A stretch of DNA of 64,000 nt from positions 1 through 64,000 of the forward strand of contig NIVC01002388.1 in assembly GCA_002269645.1 (NCBI GenBank), given 5' to 3'. Source of the stretch: Macrostomum lignano. Taxonomy: Eukaryota. Numbering within the stretch: position 1 is the first letter of the stretch; each line of letters opens with the position of its first letter. The translations under genes were made by a program, and so were the position numbers. Below the pieces are notes generated by a model, which saw nothing but the letters and a program-made list of their open reading frames with translations, did no database searches and was not told where the DNA came from. Shown here one piece after another: positions 1 through 16,128 of this stretch.

Positions 1-361
1 AGAGGCCTCACAAACTTGACATCTAGCTACCAGAGGCCTCACAAACTTGACATCTAGCTACCAGAGGCCTCACAAACTTCATCTAGCTATCAGAGGCCTC
101 ACAAACTTGACATCTAGCTACCAGAGGCCTCACAAACTTGACTCTTACTCGTAGCTACCAGAGGCCTCACAAACTTCATCCAGCTACCAGAGGCCTCACA
201 AACTTATCTAGCTACCAGAGGCCTCAAACTTCATCTAGCTACCAGAGGCCTCACAAACTATGTCTAGCTACCAGAGGCCTCACAAACTTGACATCTAGCT
301 ACCAGAGGCCTCACAAATTATCTAGCTACCAGAGGCCTCACAAACTTGACATCTAGCTACC
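1..361. repeat. Minisatellite, ~26-31 bp unit (ctagctaccagaggcctcacaaacttgacat), in a prosaposin intron; runs off the window start
   Basis: About 12 tandem copies read directly; explains ORF 138..356. Confidence 0.95.
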
Positions 362-438
362 AGAGTCTTTTGATACCAAATTGCCTTTAACCGTCACTTT
401 TATATAGCGCAAATCTTCCACCAATCGTTCGAACTCAC

Positions 439-2089
439 AATTTTGGCGGCCAGCGAGCGCATCACCTCAGGCAGGTAGGTGTCAACCCACATGTTGCACA
501 GAGACTGCGAGCCGCCCAGCCGGGCACAAACTTCCGTCTTCATCGCCTGGGCAACCTCCGCAATGGTGGACTGTCGCTGGGCCGCCTGCTTCACGGCGCC
601 ACCAGTTCAACGCAGAGGTCGCAGAATTCGCCGCTGAGGCGGGTGGCAGACGCGGCCAGGTTGGGTCGACGAGCCGGGGCTCGGGCACGACGGGCTCGCC
701 GCGCAGCAGCAGCGGAGTCTCAGCGGCAGCGGCTGTCAGCCGAGGATCCCGACGGCCGGTACCGCACAGGCTGAGCGCCGGGCAGAGCCGGTCGGCTGGC
801 AGGCCGTCGCGGAACAGGGCAACGATCTCCGGCATGTAGTGCTGACAATGCCAAGCAGATGGAGCGGTGGCGCGGCTCTGGCACAAGGCCGCAGGCGGAG
901 GCGGCCAGACGCTGCGTCTCGGCTGGCGAGGCGGTCCGGTTGCTCAGCGTCAGGCGCTGCAGATCGCTGGCCAGCAGGCGGCAGAAGCCGCAGTCTCCAT
1001 TGGCGTCAGACAGGCTGCCACTGCCGCCTCGCTGGCCACTGGATGGGGCGGCAGCTGTGCGCCAAATGCGGCCGCAGTAACCAACAGAGCTGCATTCTTT
1101 CACAGTGCCCAGGTGGGTGCACCAGTAGCTGGGGCCCAGGTGCACCGGTTTTGGCCTAGGAGGATTGCTAAATTTAAAAGGATAGAAAAAAGAGGAGAGT
1201 GAGAATTAGTAGTGAAATTGACACTTGAAAGTTGGCATTTGATGCATTTGTACCATATAGAACCTTGATTTGTATTTTTAAAACCAATTCTAAATAATAC
1301 TACAAATTTAGTGATTTTTTAAGATTTCAAGGCTTATGGGACATTGCTAAGATGTCAAGGGGGTTGATATGCTAAGGCTTGTGGGGGGATTTTCTGACAT
1401 GTCAAGGCTTACAATGTATAACTTGTACTGCATTTTTTGGCTCCCCAACAGGCGCTGATTGCTAGTATGCTACTAATCATATAATTTATTCTTATTATTT
1501 GCACATGACCAAGATGGCCACATACCATGATGGCCACAGCTCTAAATGTCTAAATAGATAATTATAAGCCTTGGTCTATATATTTCATTTATTTCCTATT
1601 GGTAGTAATTTGTATTAGATATAGATCAAAAAGTCTTAAAGAGATAGATGCTATTATAATAAAATTATTACATTATAAATATTCCCTTTGGCTTAAGCTT
1701 TTATTGTAGCCTGATCTATAGATATTTATCCATTAAATAAAGCAAGTAGCCTAGGCTTTAGGCCCTAGCACAAAATAAATACCTTGTTGCATATTGATTA
1801 CATTTTTGCATAGCATTTTTTATGAATATGATTGATTAAACATGATTAATATAATAATTACCATTAGGTTGCAAATTAATAGGCCCTAGTATATACAGAG
1901 TAAATAATAATAGAGATTCAATTTTGCAGTCATCTTGGTATGTGGCCATCTTGGCCTTAAACCAATAATGGTAATGATCAACGATCAACAGCACACATCA
2001 AGTTTTGAGAATTTGAAAAATTAGTAAAAATTACCTGCTGTTGACTCCACAGCGAGTATCAAAAGACCTAATGAGAACAACACTCGCAT
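439..2089 (-). CDS. PSAP: Prosaposin-like gene, partial. Exon 1 2089-2035 (signal peptide), exon 2 1167-439 (SapA plus saposin-B domains); continues beyond the window start; several frameshifts as assembled
   Basis: Exon 1 encodes MRVLFSLGLLILAVESTA then G|gtaat. Exon 2 starts tttag|CA (phase match) and reads LGQNRCTW/GPSYWC...C..VGYC..IW (SapA), CGFC...C...C..YMPEI...C..L.LC, then CDLC...VC...C..WVDTYLPEV, ending at AAAATT|gtgagt. The reading frame changes at several points. Confidence 0.85.
1507..1956. mobile_element. MITE-like element in prosaposin intron 1
   Basis: Inverted repeat ccaagatggccacatacca(t/a)gatg at 1509-1532 and 1931-1954 (23/24 match) around an AT-rich core; no clear TSD. 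Confidence 0.55.
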
Positions 2090-3093
2090 TGCAAACAAAA
2101 GAAGTTGAAGTTTTCACAGATAAAATGTTAATGCAATTGAATAACCTGGTGGTGAAATAGAAATTAAAGTGTAAAAATTCCACTTTTACGAACAATTTAA
2201 AGTGGGTGATAGGTAACAGAATTGTCACGTGATAAAATATGTTAACATATGAAACTTGTAGTTTTTAATTGAATAGTTGTAGTCGAATAATTTGACTATT
2301 CCTTCACTAAATACCGTTTTCGAACTTAGATTTAGGAATATTCGAAGAGAATTTGTTGTACTCTTAAAAATGCAAAATCAAAACCGTCGACATTATAAAT
2401 ACTTAATTGCTCTTGTACATGTTGATGGATGTAGTAAATAATATGAGAGTCGTTTAGTATAGTGAATTTTTGTTTTTGTATTCTTTAAATTTTTCTAGGG
2501 GATTAATATAGTATAGCTCAATGATATTTTAAAGCCAAAGAAAACGACACTGCGGCAAATACTTCCCGTTGCACTTGGAGATGGGAATCGGTCCAAAGGG
2601 AGTGGAAAATATGTACTGTGGAAAATGATGACTATTTGTACTGATTCTTTATCTAGATTACAGCAATGACTTTCAGTTAAGTACACGAGACTTCCACCAC
2701 AATTCTCCTCGCCTGTTCATGCAGGCCCTTCGACTACTCACCCCCATCTGATCCCATTCCGGAAAGGCTTGCCACCTCTACTTACCGTTCAGTTTGCATG
2801 TTTGACTAGCTTCGATATCTTTTTAACTTTCTTCTTGCTAACATTTCTATCTCACTCTCTCCCCAGAAAATCAGGGGGTGATAGAAGAGTGATACGTGTA
2901 GACTATGGAAAGGATAGAAAGTATACTGTGGCAGCTCATGAGACTACGGTTATTGTCAGTCCATCTGTTTCTCGAGCTGGACTAGCATTCAGCAAAAACG
3001 AGTACAGACATCGAGTCTAACAAGCTACATCTGATCAAATTAGCAGAGAGCTACCAATAGGGACTATCTGTAGTATAGGGACTATAGGGACAT

Positions 3094-3139
3094 ACAGACA
3101 GACAGACATACAGACAGACAGAGACAGACAGACAAACAG

Positions 3140-3187
<48 letters not shown>

Positions 3188-3212
3188 CTAAGACAGACAG
3201 GCAGACAGGCAA
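3094..3212. repeat. (GACA)n microsatellite
   Basis: Read directly. Confidence 0.95.
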
Positions 3213-3697
3213 ACAAACTCATAATTAAATTATTGCAACAATTACGAGTGCTCGTAATATACGAGCTAGCCTGTAGTAGTTGAAAAGCGAAGTACATTTT
3301 GAGGCAACTTCTCTCAGTCCCGCCATTATTGATTTTATTTACGCCTAAATTGCAATTATCCTACACGCAGAAAACATTCGTCAGCAGTTACGCGTTATTG
3401 CAGTCAGAGGAAAAGCGTGCGAATACAGAAGTCCACTGCGAGCTGCAGACTAAAATAATAAATGGATAGCAAATTTAAAATATGGCTGGCACATTCGCTG
3501 ATCGATAGCATTTCGAATAGTTTTCGAGAAAAAGAAAGAAAAAATGTTTTAAATCCGGTTAATAAATCGAATTTCTAGAAGCTTCTCTAGTGGAAATTTC
3601 GCTAAGCTGGAGGAGTGCAGCGAACTGAAAGATTCGATTCCGAGTACATCGAGTAAATGAACGAACAGAGGTGCACTGGATTGGAATTGTGTCATTG

Positions 3698-4814
3698 TTG
3701 ATTGGGGGTGTCATATTTGATTGGGGGTGTCATATTTGATTGGAGGGTGTCATATTTGATTGGAGGGTGTCATATTTGATTGGAGGGTGTCATATTTGAT
3801 TGGAGGGTGTCATATTTGATTGGAGGGTGTCATATTTGATTGGAGGGTGTCATATTTGATTGGAGGGTGTCATATTTGGTTGGAGGGTGTCATTTGATTG
3901 GAGGGTGTCATATTTGATTGGAGGGTGTCATATTTGATTGGAGGGTGTCATATTTGATTGGAGGGTCTCATATTTGATTGGAGGGTGTCATATTTGATTG
4001 TAGGGTGTTAGCTTTGATTGGAGGGTGTCATAATTGTTTGGAGGGTGAGTTTTTTTATTAGAGTGTCACTTTTGATTGGAAGGTATCCTATATGATTGGA
4101 GGGTGTCATATTTGATTGAAGGGAGTCATACTTGGTTGGAGGGTGTCATATTTTATTGTAGGGTGTCATATTTGATTGTAGGGTGTCATATTTGATTGTA
4201 GGGTGTCATATTTGATTGGAGGGTGTCATATTTAATTGGAGGGTGTCATATTTGATTGGAGGGTGTCATATTTGATTGGAGGGTGTCATATTTGGTTGAA
4301 GGGAGTCATACTTGGTTGGAGGGTGTCATATTTGATTGTAGGGTGTCATATTTGATTGGAGGGTGTCATATTTGATTGTAGGGTGTCATATTTGATTGTA
4401 GGGTGTCATATTTGATTGGAGGGTGTCATATTTGATTGGAGGGTGTCATATTTGATTGGGGGGTGTCATATTTGATTGGAGGGTGTCATATTTGATTGGA
4501 GGGTGTCATATTTGATTGGAGGGTATCATATTTGATTGGAGGGTGTCATATTTGATTGAAGGGAGTCATTTTTGGTTGGAGGGTGTTAGCTTTGATTGGA
4601 GGGTGTCATATTTGATTGGAGGGTGTCATTGTTGATTGGGGGGTGTCAGATTTGATTGGAGGGTGTCATTGTTGATTGGGGGGTGTCATATTTGATTGGA
4701 GGGAGTCATATTTGGTTGGAGGGTGTCATATTTGATTGGAGGGTGTCATTGTTGATTGGGGGGTGTCATATTTGATTGGAGGGAGTCATATTTGGTTGGA
4801 GGGTGTCATATTTG
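3698..4814. repeat. 20-bp minisatellite (gattggagggtgtcatattt), ~55 copies
   Basis: Read directly; begins ~90 bp downstream of the OSBP stop codon. Confidence 0.95.
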
Positions 4815-4906
4815 AACCTCATGAGAGCGCAATCTCTTTGTTTAGTTTTATTGCTAGAAATCTACAAGAATTATTCCGATCGGTAGCAGAAACCGGCTGA
4901 CGAGTC

Positions 4907-9903
<4,997 letters not shown>

Positions 9904-10713
9904 GCAGACTGCGGTGATTTCAAGCTACCGTTCCAATCGCGGTCAGTCGGCACTAATGGTTCGAGTCCTCCCCCCTCTGGCGCTCCTGAGCGGGAGGATC
10001 AGACCACCTTTATGACTTTGTGAGCAGCGCGGAATTCGATAGCTCCCGAGAGACGGGGCTCGCAACGAGCTCCAAGGCACGTACGACACACTCTATAGTG
10101 AGGGGGGCTCCGACTCTGCTATGGAATTGCTACGAGATTCCGGAGAGGGAATCGATTCCGCTCAGCCAGAGAATTTCCTATATGGAGAATAATGCCAGTA
10201 TCAGCTCCGCACTAACTGAGTTTTCTGCGCGATCAACTCACATTTTCAAAGCCGAAGCCAAAGTGGGAACTGGGGTTGGGGGGGGGGGCGTGCGAAGGCA
10301 AAACTGAGCGCCCCCACTCCCATGCCTCCTACAACTGGCATTCTTGCGCTGAGCTGAGGAACAAAAATACGTTTGAGCGAGCGGGTGCGTGCACACAAGT
10401 GCAAAGCTTATGGTTACACTGTAAGAAGGCTGTACGCGCAAGAAAGTACGGCTCCTTCTTCAAATGATCATGCCATTGTACCAGCTGACAACAGAGAAGA
10501 AATCTGTTTGACCTCTTTTAGCCAATTATAATTGTATACGATTTTTCATTAACGTGCTTAAAGTAGAAGAATCAATACTGTACCATAGATACTTGCCTAA
10601 GTTATACTCTAGAGGCACGGGGGTGTGGGGCGGGGTAGAGCCCCCACCCACTACCATAGACTATTCTTCATTTTCTGGAATAACTTCAGAAATTTCCGGG
10701 CAGCTAATACCAT

Positions 10714-10780
10714 ATATTCTATGGGTTTTTCAGTCGGTATTTCACTTTAATCACATACCGACCTAAAACCCATAGAATAT
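10714..10780. repeat. Short palindrome/hairpin (possible collapsed MITE)
   Basis: Perfect 16-bp arms atattctatgggtttt / aaaacccatagaatat plus inner 8-bp arms gtcggtat / ataccgac. Confidence 0.7.
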
Positions 10781-11035
10781 CTTATACATTACTTTTGACC
10801 ATAGACAGCTCTTTGTATCAATTACTTTTCGTGCTTTCTCATGCAGCCTCCCAATAAACGGGCGTTAATGGGTCCGTGCTATTTAACAGGCACAAATATT
10901 GGCCCGCCAGGCAAAAAGGCCTAAAAAGGTATAGCACAATAATCCAAAAAAGGCATGAAACACCAATAAAAATTACATCGTCTTACAATGTTTTAATATG
11001 GTACAGTTGCAACACGTCATTACGAACTGGCTTTT

Positions 11036-11107
11036 CTGTGTCAGAGTCAGCGTACATAACACATCTTTCTCACACACAGAAGGTCCCCGGTTCGAGCCCG
11101 GGCGAAC
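11036..11107 (+). pseudogene. tRNA-Val(CAC)-derived remnant with a degraded 5' half
   Basis: acatctttctcacacacagaaggtccccggttcgagcccgggcgaa resembles the anticodon and T arms of eukaryotic tRNA-Val; the D arm and acceptor stem do not fold. Confidence 0.6.
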
Positions 11108-11221
11108 TGAAGCAATGCAGAGTTGAGTGTCTTGCTCAAGGACACAAATTGTTCCGAGTCAAGAATCGAACCCCCGACCTTCAAGTCGTGAATCTGACGC
11201 TCTAACCATGCTAGGCTACAA
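11108..11221 (-). mobile_element. tRNA-derived SINE head (family B)
   Basis: Minus strand reads tagcctagcatggttagagcg (A box), ggttcgattc (B box), then gtgtccttgagcaagacact, a segment typical after SINE heads; near-identical head at 38450-38515. Confidence 0.7.
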
Positions 11222-11546
11222 GCCACTAGCCTATTCTATCTAAAATCACATCTCTTTGTCCCACTGGGCGCCAGTGGGATTATGTGGGATAAATGGGGAT
11301 CTTAAGTCAACTCAAGGCTCCAGAATGGAAGTCGCCAACTCTACAGCATAAGCGCTGTACTGGTTGCAACACTTCTACAGTAGTTGCGAAGCGCAGCAAT
11401 CATCGTATTCGACTGAAGCTAATATAAGATCCTCATTTATCCCATATTATCAAACTGGGACCTAGCGAGACAAGAGATGAGATTTTCGATGATTCTACAG
11501 TCATTGCGATCTAGTAGTGTGATCCGGCAGTTCAGGTACATATCGC

Positions 11547-12203
11547 CAGGGGAAACATGCCCCCCCCCAGTAAAAGCTATGGGGACATGCCAATGCTTTG
11601 CCCCCCCCACCCAACCTTGTGACCCGTTATGGAAATCAATAATTTCGCTTCAGGGTGACAAAATGTAGTGCCTGCGGCGCCAAAATAGTGCCTGCGGCGC
11701 CAAAATGAGTACCTGCAGCGCTAAAATGAGTTCCTGCGGCGCCAAAATGAGTGCCTGCGGCGCCAAAATGAGTGCCTGTGGCGCCAAAATGAGTGCCTGC
11801 AGCGCTAAAATGAGTGCCTGCGGCGCCAAAATGAGTGCCTGCAGCGCCAAAATGAGTTCCTGCGGCGCTAAAATGAGTGCCTGTGGCGCCAAAAAGTGCC
11901 TGCGGCGCCAAAATGAGTGTCTGCGGCGTCAAAATGAGTGCCTGCGGCGCTAAAATGAGTGCCTGCGGCGCCAAAATGAGTACCTGCAGCGCTAAGATGA
12001 GTACCTGCAGCGCTAAAATGAGTACCTGCAGCGCTAAAAAGAGTACCTGCAGCGCTAAAATGAGTACCTACAGCGCTAAAATGAGTACCTGCGACACCAA
12101 ATGAGCGCTGACGGCTGACAAAACCGATTCTGAAAATAATGCACAAGTACATGTAGAACTCTTGGCTTTGTCCCCCACCATAAAATCCATGGCGACGCCC
12201 CTG
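11547..12203. mobile_element. Non-autonomous hAT-like DNA transposon containing a minisatellite
   Basis: Termini cagggg...cccctg; 8-bp TSD catatcgc at 11539-11546 and 12204-12211. Confidence 0.75.
11668..12103. repeat. 21-bp minisatellite (gagtgcctgcggcgccaaaat) inside the hAT-like element
   Basis: About 20 copies; explains the MSACGAK ORFs. Confidence 0.95.
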
Positions 12204-13177
12204 CATATCGCTTTCATTTTTGGACTAAGTTGACACATCTCCTATCTGGATTGAATCCCGTGATCCCAGGATCGCAGAACGGGTGCACCAAGGTTGTTAC
12301 TGTAAAAATATGTACACCACAGAGTAAAAATGAAGCGAATGCATGTTAGGTAACTCTGTAATTGGTCAGAGTCAACTGAAAGAAGATATTAACTAATTAT
12401 TGGTACATTTCCATTATTTCCATGCTTTTAAGACAAGGATTTCACAAACTTTGCTAATAAAATTCCCAAAAAACAAGCAAATTGACAGTTTCGGCAAGCA
12501 ATTGAGACAGAGTCACAGGCAGACCAGACCGAGAGAGATAGGGAGAGATGTAGCACTTTAAATGCAGACCCAGTCTGGATAATGTGTATATTTGAATCAA
12601 TTAGCATATATATAGACACAGAAAAATACTACTTAGCAAAGTAATAGATGTCGATAACTGTACTGCAGTTTGAGAAGTGCATATTTAATGCAATTCAATT
12701 TCAAATTCACCTATCAGGTTCAGCTGGGTCAGTAAAGGTCAATGGTCAAATTTGGGATGGAGTGGAATTAAAGAGATTTAAGAGGCGCATTAGAGCCACT
12801 AATTACATAGAGCAAATTAACCAGGCTTTTAGTGGCTCTTTCAAATAATCAAGCTTATTAATTTGCAACTATTCGTCACTGTAAAAATCAATGCAAAACA
12901 GTTCTACAGGGTTATTGTATACAAATTGAAACAGTAGTCATTGGTTAACTAATAGGTACGCAAGTAAATCTTAGGACAGCAAGAGAGAGAGCTTTTGGAG
13001 ATTTACTTATAATGTAGAGATGTAAGATGTGTATTGACGATTGACATTGCATCTGAATCAGAAGCAGTAGTGCTAGCACTCAATTCCGTCTGCCAAACAA
13101 AATTGCATGTTGGCGGATGCTATTGTTTAAAAACTTACATGTTGTACAAATTGAAGGCAAGGGCATTGGTCCGAAGT

Positions 13178-13981
13178 GATCTGGGAGGGTGACAGGTGGC
13201 ATAGCAACTGGGGATCTGGGAGGGTGACAGGTGGCATAGCAACTGGGGATCTGGGAGGGTGACAGGTGGCATAGCAACTGGGGATCTGGGAGGGTGACAG
13301 GTGGCATAGCAACTGGAGATCTGGGAGGGTGACAGGTGGCATAGCAACTGGAGATCTGGGAGGGTGACAGGTGGCATAGCAACTGGAGATCTGGGAGGGT
13401 GACAGGTGGCATAGCAACTGGAGATCTGGGAGGGTGACAGGTGGCATAGCAACTGGGGATCTGGGAGACTGGCGGTGACTCACTAATTGAGGATCTGGGA
13501 GGCTGGCGGTGACCCACTAATTGAGGATCTGGGAGGCTGGCGGTGACTCACTAATCGAGGATCTGGGAGGCTGGCGGTGACCCACTAATTGAGGATCTGG
13601 GAGGCTGGCGGTGACCCACTAATTGAGGATCTGGGAGGCATGCTGTGACCCACTAATTGAGGATCTGGGAGGCTGGCGGTGACTCACTAATTGAGGATCT
13701 GGGAGGCTGGCGGTGACTCACTAATTGAGGATCTGGGAGGCTGGCGGTGACCCACTAATTGAGGATCTGGGAGGCTGGCGGTGACTCACTAATTGAGGAT
13801 CTGGGAGGCTGGCGGTGACTCACTAATTGAGGATCTGGGAGGCTGGCGGTGACTCACTAATTGAGAATCTGGGAGGCTGGCGGTGACTCACTAATTGAGG
13901 ATCTGGGAGGCTTGCTGTGACTCACTAATTGAGGATCTGGGAGGCTTGCTGTGACTCACTAATTGAGGATCTGGGAGGCTG
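13178..13981. repeat. Compound minisatellite: 35-bp units (to ~13468) then 34-bp units, sharing the core gatctgggagg
   Basis: Units gatctgggagggtgacaggtggcatagcaactggg and gatctgggaggctggcggtgactcactaattgag. Confidence 0.95.
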
Positions 13982-14964
13982 GTTCTAGAATGAGGCAGCA
14001 TGATAAGCCACTGCAGCAAAATTGCAGCAACACTGCAACAATAGCTTGCCTAGCCCCCGCTTTATCAAATCTAACACGAGAATTAGAATTCCAATACTAA
14101 ATTGCCTACACACTACTGCAAGTAGAGCAATCGGTAAGCAGACAAAGTAAAAAAGCGAATATATGATACTCAAGCATCAGCAGACAGTCAAAATCAAACT
14201 GCGGGACAAGTAAAAAATGCAAATCAGAAACAAACTAGACAGAAGCAGAGAGAAAGCAAGAGACACAGATGAGACAGTAAAAGAAGCAGAAAAATTAGCT
14301 CGTTACAGATTGGATTCAAGTGAAAAAAATACAGTTTTGCGTTGTCATTGGGTTTGATTCGGGCTCTGTGCATGTGAAAGGTATATATGGGAAAAGCATA
14401 TGATCCGGCCATCTGCTAGGTTGGTCAGAGGCCCAGGCGGGTATCCAAATCGCTGCTGCTGAAAGATTCAGATGCAGAGAAGCAAACATGTAAGCAATAA
14501 CATGTGATAGCTATGATATAAATGATTTACAACCCAAAGCCCCTCCCAAAGTCAGGTAGGGCGGAAACCGCGCATTCAATTTGATTGCTAAACACAAGCG
14601 AGAATTATAGCATGCCATTATAGCAAGGCATGTGCCTGTCTCCGTGGGTAGTTGGGATAAAATGAACAAGTTCGTGTGTTATAAAAAATGACATAGTCAC
14701 AAATAAGACACAGGCTTAACAAAAACTGCAGAGATCAAGCAGCCGTCTGCGGCACGTGCTTAGCTAATAAATAAAGATTTACAAATGAAGATATATGCAA
14801 TGTAAAGCCAGAAATAAACAAGTCTGCAAACTCAAGTCTACTGTTAGTAGTCTGTTGGAAAGTGAAGATATTGCTTACTGTTTATGAGGATTGCTTTTAT
14901 AGATTTACATATAAATATAAACCTAAAGAAGAGAGGGCGAGGCAGCAAGAGACACACTGAGACC

Positions 14965-16128
14965 TCAGTCGCGGCATTTTATACAGAAGAATTCTATATC
15001 GTCCAAGTTGACGTCGTCGTCCAGGTCTGTGCACATCACGTGATACCAGCTGTTGCAGGAGTCGCAGCACACCCAGTTCACGTTCGGGTCCTTCGGCTTG
15101 ATGCAGGTCAGCGACTCGCACGGCTCGCCATCGATGTGAAACTGACCGCTAGGGTCGCCGCCGCCAGCTGCTACGGCCGCCGACGACGAGCCCGAAGGCC
15201 GGCCGGAACTGCCACGCGACTGCTTCGACTGTTTAGAAGGCCGGGAGCCGCCGCCTGATTTGCTGGACCGGCTGGCGCCGCTCTTGCGCTGCACCGAGCC
15301 GACTGAGCCGCCTTTGCCGCCGGAGTCCACCGAGGACTGCCGCTTCGCCGCCGCAGACGAAGACTTTTTAGTGTCGGACTTTTTGCCTTCGCCCGACGAC
15401 TTTTTCGATGCGGAGCCGCCGCCGCCGCCGCCGCCAATCGAGGCGGCCGACGACTTCGAGGCCGAGACGGGTGGCGCCGGGTGAGGCGCCATCGCCGGCG
15501 ACAGGTCGTTGCTAGGCGAGCTCTGCGAAGACGACATTGACGAGTCCGGCGACTTGTCGCGCGCCCGCTTAGCCGAGGCGGCGCCGCGCGAACCGCCGGC
15601 CTCGCCACCGCTCAGGCGCTTCCGGCCGCCGTCGCCGTGAGTCGCCGTAGGATTGTGATCGCCCGACGAGGCGGGAGGTCCCGCCGGGCCAGCCGGGCTG
15701 TTCGACACCTTCTCGAACACAAACTTCAGCTCGGAACGGAAGCCGTTGACTGTGGAGCCCGGCTTGATGTTGAAGCCGTTGACGTGCCCAAAGCAGATGA
15801 TGTCGCCCACGACCAGCAGCTTGGAGGACAGGATTCGGGTGTAGTTAATGTACGTGCCGTTCAGACTGTGATCCACCAGGAAGTACCGGTTGCCCTTCTC
15901 CTCTGCGCGTACCTCTGCGTGCTTTCTGCTGACCATCATCGGGTTCACCTGCGACTCGATAACGCAATCAGGCGGAGTCTTGCTGCTGGCCCGGCCGATG
16001 ATGGTGGATTGGCGGCGGATTATTATAACGCTTGGCGTCTTGCCGAAACCCTCGCGGTCGCTGATGCGGCGCAGCTGGTAGGTCATTTGGCCTGCCTGAC
16101 TGGCTGTAATGTGCATGAATTTATGCAT
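14965..16128 (-). CDS. TCF19: TCF19-like FHA + PHD-finger protein, single coding exon, 387 aa
   Basis: FHA motifs IIGRAS, VSRKHAEV, DHSLNGTYIN; Ser/Gly-rich linker; C-terminal C..C...WVCCDSCNSWYHVMC...FFCIKC. This domain order matches TCF19. Confidence 0.8.
   Translation of the reverse strand: MHKFMHITASQAGQMTYQLRRISDREGFGKTPSVIIIRRQSTIIGRASSKTPPDCVIESQVNPMMVSRKHAEVRAEEKGNRYFLVDHSLNGTYINYTRILSSKLLVVGDIICFGHVNGFNIKPGSTVNGFRSELKFVFEKVSNSPAGPAGPPASSGDHNPTATHGDGGRKRLSGGEAGGSRGAASAKRARDKSPDSSMSSSQSSPSNDLSPAMAPHPAPPVSASKSSAASIGGGGGGGSASKKSSGEGKKSDTKKSSSAAAKRQSSVDSGGKGGSVGSVQRKSGASRSSKSGGGSRPSKQSKQSRGSSGRPSGSSSAAVAAGGGDPSGQFHIDGEPCESLTCIKPKDPNVNWVCCDSCNSWYHVMCTDLDDDVNLDDIEFFCIKCRD

Noticed and set aside
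1425-1450. ca-ttttttggctcccc as an LTR end plus tRNA-Asp primer-binding site
   Set aside because: Only a 9-nt match, and no second LTR or internal coding sequence.
11036-11107. Functional tRNA-Val gene; likewise tRNA-like heads at 22250-22315, 38450-38515 and 51660-51740
   Set aside because: Acceptor or D stems do not pair; they are pseudogene or SINE-derived.
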